The notes: generated from the sequence alone by a model not told the origin. Counted from the first letter of the stretch, positions 19,460-28,520 are shown. The stretch: 64,000 nucleotides of DNA from Nostoc sp. (GCF_036917575.1 NZ_JBALDC010000040.1:83-64082), one strand, 5' to 3'. Made by a program: numbers and translations.

Positions 19460-20959
19460 TCAAGGTAGCCACCGGGGATGAAATCCGGCTAAGGGGAGTT
19501 GTTCTGGTCTAATTTCAACAGTCGCAGCATCGGCGATGGGTAACAGAGGCATTAACCACAGGCTACTGGTAGCAATAACATCTCCGTCATCGGTTTTCAA
19601 AGTATTTGCGGGTAATGATGCTGTTGTGTTTGTCTGCGGTACTACTTGGTCAAATAACAAGCCCAAACCGTCGGCAGATAAACTCATTTGCACATTCCGT
19701 TGAGCCGGAGGCAGTACTAACAGTGGTTTCTGTTGCCCAGTTTTCAAATCAATTGCTACCACATAGGGCTGTTCTATGTATTGTTCCTTGGATACTAGCT
19801 GTGTTAGCAAGCAATAGAGGGTGGGTGAAGCGATGTCAAATTGGCAACTGAGAATTGAGCCTGTTGTTTTTAATAGCTGTTTCTGTACACCTTGGTTTGT
19901 CACCAAAAATAAATCCCGCGTGTAATCTGTATTAAACTTTACCATCGCTGCTTGAGAGCCATCTTTGGAGAAAGCCTGTACCAAACCAAACTGCGGCAGA
20001 AAATCCAGGGGTTTACTAGCATCACCTTGCAGTGGTAAAATCGCTGCTCCCTGTCCTTGGGCAACTGCTACAGCTTTACTATCTGGTGTCACCATAAAGT
20101 CTCCCCCTGGTTGGCTTTTTAGACGTTTCGGGGTGGGTTTTTCTGCTGAACCATCAGTGATTGCTGGCATAAACCATAGTCCAAAGTCGCCAGGATTAGT
20201 TTTATTTCCCCTCTGGATGACAATAGTTTGCCCATCAGGTGATAAGTCAAATTTCAGGTTTTGATAATCTTTACTATCTAAAGTTAGGTCAACTTTGCCT
20301 TCTGATTCTGCTTTTTGTCCAGATTTAGCAGAAACGCCTGTTGTCACCGTATACAGTTTGGCTGAAAGTAAGTCTTGATTGTTTGCGGCGCGAGCAGAAA
20401 ATAAAATTTTCTCCCCATCAGGAAATGACTCAAAGTCGATTACTATCAGGTCTTTGGGGGTAAGTACCCTTTTTTGCTCTTGGGTTAAGTTATAAAGAAC
20501 TAACCGTCCCTGTTCTTCTTTATCGGTTCCGATGTAAAGAATAACGCGATCGCGTGTCCGAAAGCTACCTGTAAAAGGCTGTATGACACGATTTTTGCCT
20601 TCTTGCTCCGCAAACTTATCTTTAGCTCCCTGTAACTGCACTTTATAATTTGTGCCATAAGGTGCTGGTGTTATCAGTGTATAAACCATCCGCCGCCCTG
20701 CCCAACTGAATTTACCTGCTAAGGGTGGCTCGATTTTCAAGTTATCCTCGACGCTTTTTACTTCCATTGGGCGGCTGAAGGTGAGGGTGAAAGAATTATC
20801 TTCTGCCCCAATTTGTTGATTTTGCCAGGTAAATTCCCGGACACGAGCAGTTACCACATCACCTTGCAAGATGATTAACCCAATCACCACACTCAGCAGT
20901 AGCATTAGTGCGATCGCTATACGATCCAGTGGTTGGATAAATGCTTTAGATTTAGTCAT
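19460..20959 (-). CDS. membrane-anchored periplasmic protein, Ig-like domain plus TolB-like beta-propeller repeats
   Basis: 499-aa ORF with N-terminal TM IAIALMLLLSVVIGLIIL. Repeated DG/beta-strand segments are present (PDGEKILFSA, SPDGQTIVIQ, KDGSQAAMV). Confidence 0.7.
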   Translation of the reverse strand: MTKSKAFIQPLDRIAIALMLLLSVVIGLIILQGDVVTARVREFTWQNQQIGAEDNSFTLTFSRPMEVKSVEDNLKIEPPLAGKFSWAGRRMVYTLITPAPYGTNYKVQLQGAKDKFAEQEGKNRVIQPFTGSFRTRDRVILYIGTDKEEQGRLVLYNLTQEQKRVLTPKDLIVIDFESFPDGEKILFSARAANNQDLLSAKLYTVTTGVSAKSGQKAESEGKVDLTLDSKDYQNLKFDLSPDGQTIVIQRGNKTNPGDFGLWFMPAITDGSAEKPTPKRLKSQPGGDFMVTPDSKAVAVAQGQGAAILPLQGDASKPLDFLPQFGLVQAFSKDGSQAAMVKFNTDYTRDLFLVTNQGVQKQLLKTTGSILSCQFDIASPTLYCLLTQLVSKEQYIEQPYVVAIDLKTGQQKPLLVLPPAQRNVQMSLSADGLGLLFDQVVPQTNTTASLPANTLKTDDGDVIATSSLWLMPLLPIADAATVEIRPEQLPLAGFHPRWLP

Positions 20960-21000
20960 TAGTCATTTGTTATTAGTCATTTGTCATTAGTCATTTGTCA
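20953..21000. repeat. tandem heptamer array (TAGTCAT/TTGTCAT; ATGACTA on minus strand) abutting a start codon
   Basis: The run is agtcattagtcatttgttattagtcatttgtcattagtcatttgtca. The annotated ATG (20957-20959) is part of the last unit. Confidence 0.85.
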
Positions 21001-21011
21001 TCAACAAACAA

Positions 21012-21785
21012 CTAATAACTATAAGGATTTTGGGGTTGAGGAATCTTTTTGAGAGAGGTAGCGGCAATGGTAAGTTGGCGTTTACCTGCCAAATTTTCTG
21101 TTACCATTTGTCCTTCTACTTCCAGCCAGGTATCAGCAGAGTAAGGCTCTTGATTATTTGGGAGTTTAACGGGCAATCCCACTGGGTAAGCATCTGCTGC
21201 ACAGCAAGTTAAGACAAATCGAGCTAAAAACAAATATTCTTTTCCTATATCCGGGGGATGGATGACAAATCCCTGCACCTTGACTTTTTGTCCTGTATAT
21301 GTGTCTGGCTCTGGATAGACATTAACAGTGCGTACCCAGTCTACAAGCGATCGCTCCTCTGGACGAACAGTAGCCCGAAAGGCTTGAGGTTTGACACGTG
21401 TGCTTCCCAATAAATCAGCCGTCACCCCCCTTTGGAGTGCTTTATCACTGGCAAAAACTTGCGGTGTAATAATAAAACCTAGAATCGCTGTAGTCAACAA
21501 CAAAGTACTGCCCCAACCAGGGGGAAATAAACTAATATGCGGAGCGTTTGGCGTCACATCACGGCGACGACGTTGCCAAAGTTCCTGCATCTTGAAGAAA
21601 CCAATAACAATCAAGCTGATACCAGTCACAACTACGAACCAAATGTAATTTGGATGAATTAACAGGTTCAGCTTGTTAGTTAGCCAATATCTCAACATCA
21701 AAGTGCCCCAAGCTGTAATTGCTAGAGCATCGAGCCAAGGGAGTAATAAATTTGGGATTCTAGATTTGGGATTTTTGTTAGTCAT
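21012..21785 (-). CDS. TIGR03943/DUF1980-like two-TM protein (putative permease accessory subunit)
   Basis: 257-aa ORF with N-terminal TM helices. The C-terminal domain carries the Cys motif LTCCAADAYPVGLPV. It sits next to a DUF318-type permease, which is the usual pairing. Confidence 0.7.
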   Translation of the reverse strand: MTNKNPKSRIPNLLLPWLDALAITAWGTLMLRYWLTNKLNLLIHPNYIWFVVVTGISLIVIGFFKMQELWQRRRRDVTPNAPHISLFPPGWGSTLLLTTAILGFIITPQVFASDKALQRGVTADLLGSTRVKPQAFRATVRPEERSLVDWVRTVNVYPEPDTYTGQKVKVQGFVIHPPDIGKEYLFLARFVLTCCAADAYPVGLPVKLPNNQEPYSADTWLEVEGQMVTENLAGKRQLTIAATSLKKIPQPQNPYSY

Positions 21786-21815
21786 TGGTCATTAGTCATC
21801 GGTCATTAGTCATTG
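21781..21815. repeat. tandem heptamer array (GTCATTG/GTCATTA; ATGACNA on minus strand) abutting a start codon
   Basis: The run is gtcattggtcattagtcatcggtcattagtcattg. The annotated ATG (21783-21785) lies in the last unit. Confidence 0.85.
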
Positions 21816-21848
21816 GTTATTAACAATGGACTAATGACAAATAATTTT

Positions 21849-22916
21849 TTAAAAGACGTGCAAGTTTAGGAAAAGTGTAAACACAAATGTTAATTGTGCT
21901 GCTAAAGCAAATAAGTAAAAAACTGTTTTGGGTTTAAAAATGGATAACATCAAACCAATACCTTTGATGTCAATCATTGGGCCAAACACTAGAAATGCCA
22001 ACAATGAACCACTGCTAAAGGTTGAGGCAAAAGATAGGGCAAAGAAAGAATCAACTGTAGAACAAATTGACACGACTACCGCTAATATCAGCATGACCAC
22101 AATTGAGGTAATCGGCCCAGCACCCAAACTGAGAATTAATTCACGGGGAGCTAGGACTTGAATCGCAGCAGCGATCGCACTTCCAAGAACCATGACTCCG
22201 CCGAGTTCTCGGAATTCTTGGATGCTATTATCCACAACTAAGCGCAGTTTTGCTGCTAGCGGTTTATTGGAAGTAGAGACTGTAGTAGGTGGTATGAAAT
22301 TAGCATCTATCCGTAGAGGTATACCTGCTTTTCCTCCTAAGATATAAGTCCCAGATTGCAAGAGATTTGGTATTGTTGCTTCCTCTTGTGCTTGGTAAGT
22401 TTTACCACGGCGTTTGGTTTCAGGCTGCGCGGGTGGATTAAACTTCATATAACGAGCGATCGCAGGTTGGATTATGGGATTTAAATCCTTTTGAAAACTG
22501 AAAACATACCCGATAATTGTGGCAATTGCTAAGGAAAATACGACTCTTAAGACCACTATTTCTGGCTGATCTCGAAATGCTGTCCAAGTTGACCAAATTA
22601 CAATTGGGTTAATTGTTGGTGCTGCTAGCAAAAAACCAATTGCCACTGGTGTGGGTACTCCTTGAATCAGGAATCGCCGCGCTACCGGTACATTCCCACA
22701 CTCACACACCGGAAATAAAAAGCCGATCGCGCTGCCAACTAAAGCACCCAGCAACGGATTTTTGGGCATTTTTTCTACTAGTTTGCGCTCATCAACAAAA
22801 AATAGCAGCAAACTGGAGAATAAAACCCCAAGAAGCAAAAAAGGCATCGCCTCGACTAGCAGACTTAAAAATAGCGTAAAACCATTGTTCAATTGATTCA
22901 TGGGCGTCGCAGTCAA
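21849..22916 (-). CDS. DUF318/ArsP-type predicted permease
   Basis: 355-aa polytopic membrane protein with the characteristic FPVCECGNVPVARR motif. Confidence 0.8.
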   Translation of the reverse strand: MTATPMNQLNNGFTLFLSLLVEAMPFLLLGVLFSSLLLFFVDERKLVEKMPKNPLLGALVGSAIGFLFPVCECGNVPVARRFLIQGVPTPVAIGFLLAAPTINPIVIWSTWTAFRDQPEIVVLRVVFSLAIATIIGYVFSFQKDLNPIIQPAIARYMKFNPPAQPETKRRGKTYQAQEEATIPNLLQSGTYILGGKAGIPLRIDANFIPPTTVSTSNKPLAAKLRLVVDNSIQEFRELGGVMVLGSAIAAAIQVLAPRELILSLGAGPITSIVVMLILAVVVSICSTVDSFFALSFASTFSSGSLLAFLVFGPMIDIKGIGLMLSIFKPKTVFYLFALAAQLTFVFTLFLNLHVF

Positions 22917-23514
22917 AAGCGGTTTTTAGTTTTAGGGTTCTGCTTAGTCATTCTATCGAAATGGGGATCAAAAGCAGTTCGGGAAAATTAAACATCATTT
23001 ATGTAGCAAGTTATCCTATTTACAAATAACGCTTGAGCGCTACAAACCTTGATTTCACAAAATTTCGTGACTTTTAACTGAGTGTATTTACTAACAATGA
23101 CCATTTCTAAGATTGTCTAAGTTCAGAAATTGTTCCCATCTAGAGAGCAAGTAACTGCACAGATGATTTGAAATTACCTATGTTTATACTTACAGTAATT
23201 TGCTGGATAAAATATTAGTTCGGCTGTATTTTCATCAAGTATTCACAGTTCTTCAAAATTTGGGGTAGGCGTAGCCCGTCGTAGACATCGCTGTTGGTTG
23301 CTACCATGATTGATTTTGACTAGTTCTAGCAAAATTTGATTTGAGCTTTGGTTGATTTTTTACTACAAAAATTTTAAAAAGGCAAGACCAAAGTTTAGCA
23401 GATACAGGAAATGATTGGGGAAATATTTTGGCATTAGCGATCGCCTGAATTTCTGCATAATATAAAAAGTTGAGTGATGGCGAGTCAATCAGCCTTAAAA
23501 AGAGTGTAAAAATA

Positions 23515-23548
23515 ATATCCCCGACTTCTGAAAAGAAATCGGGGATAT
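23515..23548. repeat. dispersed hairpin element (copy A)
   Basis: atatccccgacttctgaaaagaaatcggggatat has a 10-bp stem (atatccccga/tcggggatat). A near-identical copy lies at 50180-50212. Confidence 0.85.
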
Positions 23549-23565
23549 AGTCTACTTTTTGACGA

Positions 23566-24639
23566 TTATTTTTGATTACGTTTTGTGGGAATCCCCCAAA
23601 TCTTGATTTGTCGATCAAATCCACCACTGGCAAGAATTTTACCATTTGGACTAAAAGCGATCGCGCTTACCCAGTCTGAATGTCCATTCAGTGTATTTAT
23701 TAACTCGCCTGTAGTTAAATTCCACAACTTAATCCCATCTCTGCCGGCACTAGCAAGAGTTTGTCCATCGGGATTAAGGGCGATCGCATTTACCCAGTTA
23801 TTATGTCCTGTAAAAGTGCGGACTAATTCTCCAGTATTAATATTCCACAGTTTTATGGTGCGATCGTGGCTAGCACTAATTAATGTTTGTCCATCTGGCG
23901 TAAAGGTTACAGCACTAATAACATCGGAATGAGCTGCCAATTGACTGATTAATTTACCAGTACTCAAGTTCCACAGCTTGATTACACCCTTATTATCACC
24001 GCTAGCCAAGGTCTGTCCATCAGGACTGATAGCTAAAGTATAAATCGAATTATCAAAGCGTACTATAGTCCCTAGAGGACGCTGCTGTAGCAAATCCCAG
24101 AGACGAATCCCATCTAAAGCTCCACTGACGAGAACTTTACTATCAGGAGACACCGCTAAAGATAATACGTTACTGGTATGTCCGACAAAAGAGCGGCTAA
24201 ATTTTAAATTTTTCAGGTTCCAGAGGTTAATTGTATCGTCATCGCTACAACTAATCAGGGTTTGCCCATCTGGTGAAATTACTAAAGATTCTACGGCTTC
24301 TTTGTGTGCTTTGTTAATAGTCGCTAACTTTTTACCCTTTGCTAAATTCCACAGGCGAATTATACCTTCGTTTTCTGCACCTCCGCTCACAAGAATTCTG
24401 CTATCTGGAGTGAAAGCAAGGGATTTAATGGTTCCGTTATGTCCGATGAGTGTGTAAAGCAGTTGAGCATTAGCAAAGTTGGTATTAGCTGGGAAGTTTG
24501 GCGTTACTTCAATAGCAGCATGAGCTTGATGAATATAAAACCCTTCCCAAGTAATCACTGGAAGGGCCACAGCTGCCATAAATGCCAGGATAATATCTGG
24601 TCGCAGAAATTTACCGCCACCTCTTCCCTCACTACTCAC
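23566..24639 (-). CDS. WD40-repeat protein with N-terminal membrane anchor
   Basis: 357-aa ORF with seven repeats of the pattern GH...V.S.A.SPDGQ.L.S...D..IKLWN. Confidence 0.9.
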   Translation of the reverse strand: MSSEGRGGGKFLRPDIILAFMAAVALPVITWEGFYIHQAHAAIEVTPNFPANTNFANAQLLYTLIGHNGTIKSLAFTPDSRILVSGGAENEGIIRLWNLAKGKKLATINKAHKEAVESLVISPDGQTLISCSDDDTINLWNLKNLKFSRSFVGHTSNVLSLAVSPDSKVLVSGALDGIRLWDLLQQRPLGTIVRFDNSIYTLAISPDGQTLASGDNKGVIKLWNLSTGKLISQLAAHSDVISAVTFTPDGQTLISASHDRTIKLWNINTGELVRTFTGHNNWVNAIALNPDGQTLASAGRDGIKLWNLTTGELINTLNGHSDWVSAIAFSPNGKILASGGFDRQIKIWGIPTKRNQK

Positions 24640-24716
24640 TCTTTTTCCTCACTTTTATAAATACAGTTAAACCCAATAAATTTTGCAGAGTTATTTAAGT
24701 AATAACTCTGCATATC

Positions 24717-25016
24717 TTAAAGAGGTGGTTTTTTCTTAGAAACGCTTAACATTGGTAAAGGCGCAGTAGAAGAAGAACGAGAGGGCAAATAATGTTGCAC
24801 TACAGGCTCCTCTGGTAAAATACGACGCTGCTGAAAACGCCACAACTTAAAGCCTAGCGCTATCCCTGCCGTTCCCAAACCAAAAGCAAACAACGACCAG
24901 CTATCATTCAATCCGCCAATCATAGCATCCATAACACCCATCGTTATCAATACACTGATTAGTGGCTCTTTTCGGTAGGTTGACTTCAAAAAACGAGGTA
25001 ATACAGCATTCATCAC
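24717..25016 (-). CDS. hypothetical small membrane protein
   Basis: 99-aa ORF with two hydrophobic helices (LISVLITMGVMDAMIGG; LFAFGLGTAGIALGF). No family was recognised. Confidence 0.45.
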   Translation of the reverse strand: MMNAVLPRFLKSTYRKEPLISVLITMGVMDAMIGGLNDSWSLFAFGLGTAGIALGFKLWRFQQRRILPEEPVVQHYLPSRSSSTAPLPMLSVSKKKPPL

Positions 25017-25380
25017 AGCTTGGTTAGTTCCAGTTCACCTTTTGTGTATATTTACCAAGAATACCTCACCCATAATTTGCCTTTCTCATTCAAGGCAGAC
25101 ACTAATTCATGATTGTTTTTAGTAGGGGGAGGAAATTTACTCATTAATCGCCTTGCATATACTAGCTGCAAGTCTATGATATTTTGATTGCTAATAAATA
25201 TTTAAATTCCTCTCTTACTTACATTCTAGGGCAGTTATTTATGAATAAGTTTAATTAATCTATTTAGGGCGAAGTACTCCGCTATCAATATATTGAAGTT
25301 AAAACCAACTGGTTGTTCCAGCTGGTTGAAACTCTTTTAATTACTAGCTTACAACTTCAAGATCGTGCTTGTTGATGGCA

Positions 25381-25550
25381 TTACTTCAGACCCAGCCATG
25401 ATAGCACCCCTTGATTGCTTGTATATTCAATCACCAGCAGCAAACCAAAGCCAATCATTGCAGCTCGACCATTCAAGCGTTCGGCATATTCGTTAAAGCC
25501 AAACTTAGGCTCTTCTAGTTTAGGTGTAATTGTTGGTTGTGTTTGTGTCA
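25381..25550 (-). pseudogene. high-light-inducible (HLIP/Scp, CAB-family one-helix) gene with an apparent 1-nt frameshift
   Basis: The minus strand reads ATG..MTQTQPTITPKLEEPK, then shifts frame to GFNEYAERLNGRAAMIGFGLLLVIEYTSNQGVLSWLGLK*. The interval is 170 nt, not a multiple of 3. The junction reads aagttggcttt where aagtttggcttt would restore ...PKFGFNEYAE. Confidence 0.6.
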
Positions 25551-26129
25551 TGTTTTTCAGAAACCTTTTTTTGGCAGACGGGACTTGATATCAGACTTCT
25601 GGTAGAAGTCAAGGAATGTAGGTATAATTACTACTTACTTTTCATGGTATCTGAAAAACTTCTCTCTAAATCTCTCTTTTTAAAAGAGAGAGTTTGAATT
25701 TTTACAGATGACATAAAAAGTCAGGATAGCTTAAAAGTTAATTGCAGTGCTTGAATGCCAAAATGACTTGATAAATTCAGCAAGAGCCTCCTACTAATCC
25801 ACCACATCAACTTTGGTAGATGAATAACTTTGTAGTAAAAACTTTAGCCCTCGTTACGAACTCCGCAAGGTTGGCTTAATACAATACTAGTAGTAAGCTG
25901 TATACAATCGTTTTTTTAATAAATTGTTACTATTATTTATATATTGTATAAATACTGGGGCAATAGTCAAGGGTAAGAGTTTGGGCTACTCAGATTGAAT
26001 TGAGAAAGTTAGAACAGAAGTTAGGTATTTCTAATCCAGCTATCTCTAATACGGAACTAACAAGATGGAAGTAGCAAGCTTGAAATTGGAAGGCTACAGT
26101 TAAACAAAAAAAATTATCTGAGGCGATAT

Positions 26130-27221
26130 ATGGAAATCGGCGTTCCCAAGGAAAATAAGGATCAAGAGTTTCGGGTAGGGTTAAGTCCTTCTAGCGTGCG
26201 GGTGCTGCGAGAAAATGGTCATAGCATCTGTGTCGAGACGCAAGCAGGTAATGGTGCTGGATTTTCTGATGATGATTATAGAGTTGCTGGAGCCGAGATT
26301 GTCCCTACATCAGAAATGGCTTGGAATCGGGAATTGGTTGTTAAAGTCAAAGAGCCTCTGACCTCTGAGTATAAATTTTTGCAAAAAGGGCAGATATTAT
26401 TTACCTATTTACATTTAGCAGCCGATCGCAAATTGACAGAGCATTTAATTGATTGTGGCACTTGTGCGATCGCTTACGAAACTGTAGAACAACCTGGTGC
26501 TAACAGATTACCTTTACTCACTCCCATGAGCGTAATTGCTGGTCGGCTAGCAGTACAATTTGGGGCCAGATTCTTAGAACGTCAACAAGGTGGTAGAGGT
26601 GTACTTTTGGGCGGTGTGCCTGGAGTTAAACCAGGCAAAGTAGTAATTTTAGGTGGCGGTGTTGTCGGCACAGAAGCAGCTAAAATTGCTGTAGGCATGG
26701 GTGCGAACGTACAGATTTTAGATGTGAGTGTCGAGCGCTTATCTTATTTAGAAACACTCTTTGGCTCTAGAGTCGAATTGCTTTACAGCAACTCTGCTCA
26801 TATTGAAGCCGCAGTCATTGAAGCCGATTTGCTTATTGGTGCAGTTTTAGTGTTAGGACGTAGAGCGCCTATACTAGTATCTCGCGAATTTGTCAAGCAA
26901 ATGCGTCCTGGTTCGGTAATAGTTGATGTTGCCGTTGACCAAGGCGGTTGCATAGAAACCTTACACCCTACATCCCACACAAATCCGGTATACCTTGAAG
27001 AGGGTGTGGTGCATTATGGCGTTCCTAATATGCCAGGAGCAGTACCTTGGACAGCAACTCAGGCACTTAATAATAGTACATTACCTTATGTTGTCCAGTT
27101 GGCGAATTTTGGAATTTTAGCACTGGAAGTTAACCCAGTATTAGCTAAAGGTGTGAATGTGCAGAATCATCGCTTAGTGCATCCTGCTGTGCAAGAAGTG
27201 TTCCCTGATTTGATAAATTAA
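26130..27221 (+). CDS. ald: alanine dehydrogenase
   Basis: 363-aa ORF beginning MEIGVPKENKDQEFRVGLSP. NAD motif VVILGGGVVGTEAAKIA. AlaDH/PNT family throughout. Confidence 0.95.
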   Translation: MEIGVPKENKDQEFRVGLSPSSVRVLRENGHSICVETQAGNGAGFSDDDYRVAGAEIVPTSEMAWNRELVVKVKEPLTSEYKFLQKGQILFTYLHLAADRKLTEHLIDCGTCAIAYETVEQPGANRLPLLTPMSVIAGRLAVQFGARFLERQQGGRGVLLGGVPGVKPGKVVILGGGVVGTEAAKIAVGMGANVQILDVSVERLSYLETLFGSRVELLYSNSAHIEAAVIEADLLIGAVLVLGRRAPILVSREFVKQMRPGSVIVDVAVDQGGCIETLHPTSHTNPVYLEEGVVHYGVPNMPGAVPWTATQALNNSTLPYVVQLANFGILALEVNPVLAKGVNVQNHRLVHPAVQEVFPDLIN

Positions 27222-27522
27222 GGTGTGCAAGAATTAGGCGATCGCTTATTTTAATGGTGGTAGCGATCGGTAACTAGACTAATTTTCTTGCCAAATGCGC
27301 GGATGGGTAGGTGTACAAAATCAGAAGGCGTAAAAAAAGCTGTACGCTCCATCTATACAAGACTTTGAGGGCAATGGTACTTTCAACCCATCCGCGCACC
27401 TTATGGGGACTGGTTTTCAGCGATTTGTATCTTGTAATATTACTATTCCCTGTGTTATGATTCGTTCATTCGCGCAACTGAACCTTGAAAACCAAATACA
27501 GCAGCGCTTTCAGAAGCCAGCG

Positions 27523-28129
27523 ATTGCAATTAACTAAAATCCCTATTAGGGATTGAAACTCTTTAATGTCATCCTTGAAGACCAGACAGGGATAATTGCA
27601 ATTAACTAAAATCCCTATTAGGGATTGAAACCTGATAAAATATCATTCAGCGTCAATGGCTGAAATTGCAATTAACTAAAATCCCTATTAGGGATTGAAA
27701 CTAGTTCTAACTCCGGGTAATCGAGCATTGTTCCATTGCAATTAACTAAAATCCCTATTAGGGATTGAAACAAAAATCACAATATGATGAGGGTTGCTAC
27801 CTCCTATTGCAATTAACTAAAATCCCTATTAGGGATTGAAACTTTTATTGGGTCTTGAATCACCTTATCAATTAAATATTGCAATTAACTAAAATCCCTA
27901 TTAGGGATTGAAACAGATATTCAATAGCTTTTTGTTCCGTCAAACAAATTGCAATTAACTAAAATCCCTATTAGGGATTGAAACATTACAATGCCTATTC
28001 CTGAGTCTCAAAAACAATTAATTGCAATTAACTAAAATCCCTATTAGGGATTGAAACTTTTTGTTTTTGAGACAACCTTAAATTAACTTTTAATTGCAAT
28101 TAACTAAAATCCCTATTAGGGATTGAAAC
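27523..28129 (+). CRISPR. CRISPR array, 9 identical 37-nt repeats and 8 spacers (33-36 nt); no cas genes in the window
   Basis: The repeat ATTGCAATTAACTAAAATCCCTATTAGGGATTGAAAC starts at 27523, 27595, 27665, 27735, 27806, 27878, 27948, 28021 and 28093. It has an internal 7-bp hairpin AATCCCT/AGGGATT. The 3' ATTGAAAC end suggests + strand transcription. Confidence 0.95.
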
Positions 28130-28159
28130 CAAAAATTAGAGTATGCTTTACTCATGTTG

Positions 28160-28213
28160 CTCTCTCAGTACTGTCTACTATCTATTCACAGCGTATACTG
28201 AGAGAGGTTTTTT
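28160..28213 (+). terminator. possible terminator after the CRISPR array
   Basis: An 11-bp stem pairs ctctctcagta (28160-28170) with tactgagagag (28196-28206), followed by gtttttt. The 25-nt loop is large, so confidence is modest. Confidence 0.4.
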
Positions 28214-28520
28214 ACCATTTGTCTGACTTTTCAAACAGTATCTTAGCTCGACTTTATCCAAAATTAAGACTCGGTTTTCATTATCCGGCAAAAACCCTAG
28301 CTTATTAGCAAATACTTTTTCCACCTCACAGATTATCGATGAAGTTAAAAAAGTAAAACTAATGTTCCATAAAGGTTTCAGTTGAAACGATCGCGTTGGG
28401 GAAAAAATGGATAAAGTCGAGTTTAGGAGGTAATTGACAATGCTGCAATATCTCAGGTTAAAAGACTTGAAGCTAGCGTGCGAATTCTATTCACCAGAAC
28501 TTAAGTTAACACCAGTGTAT

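Noticed and set aside
23301-23645. 114-aa minus-strand ORF overlapping the WD40 gene 3' end
   Set aside because: It overlaps the WD40 stop region, runs through the dispersed hairpin element and AT-rich intergenic DNA, and contains no recognisable domain.
28123-28308. 61-aa ORF starting inside the last CRISPR repeat
   Set aside because: The start codon is created by the repeat itself, and the ORF runs through the putative terminator hairpin.
28395-28415. ggtttcagttgaaac as a possible degenerate tenth CRISPR repeat
   Set aside because: Only the last 7 nt (ttgaaac) match the repeat. It lies about 270 nt beyond repeat 9, which is not spacer-like spacing.
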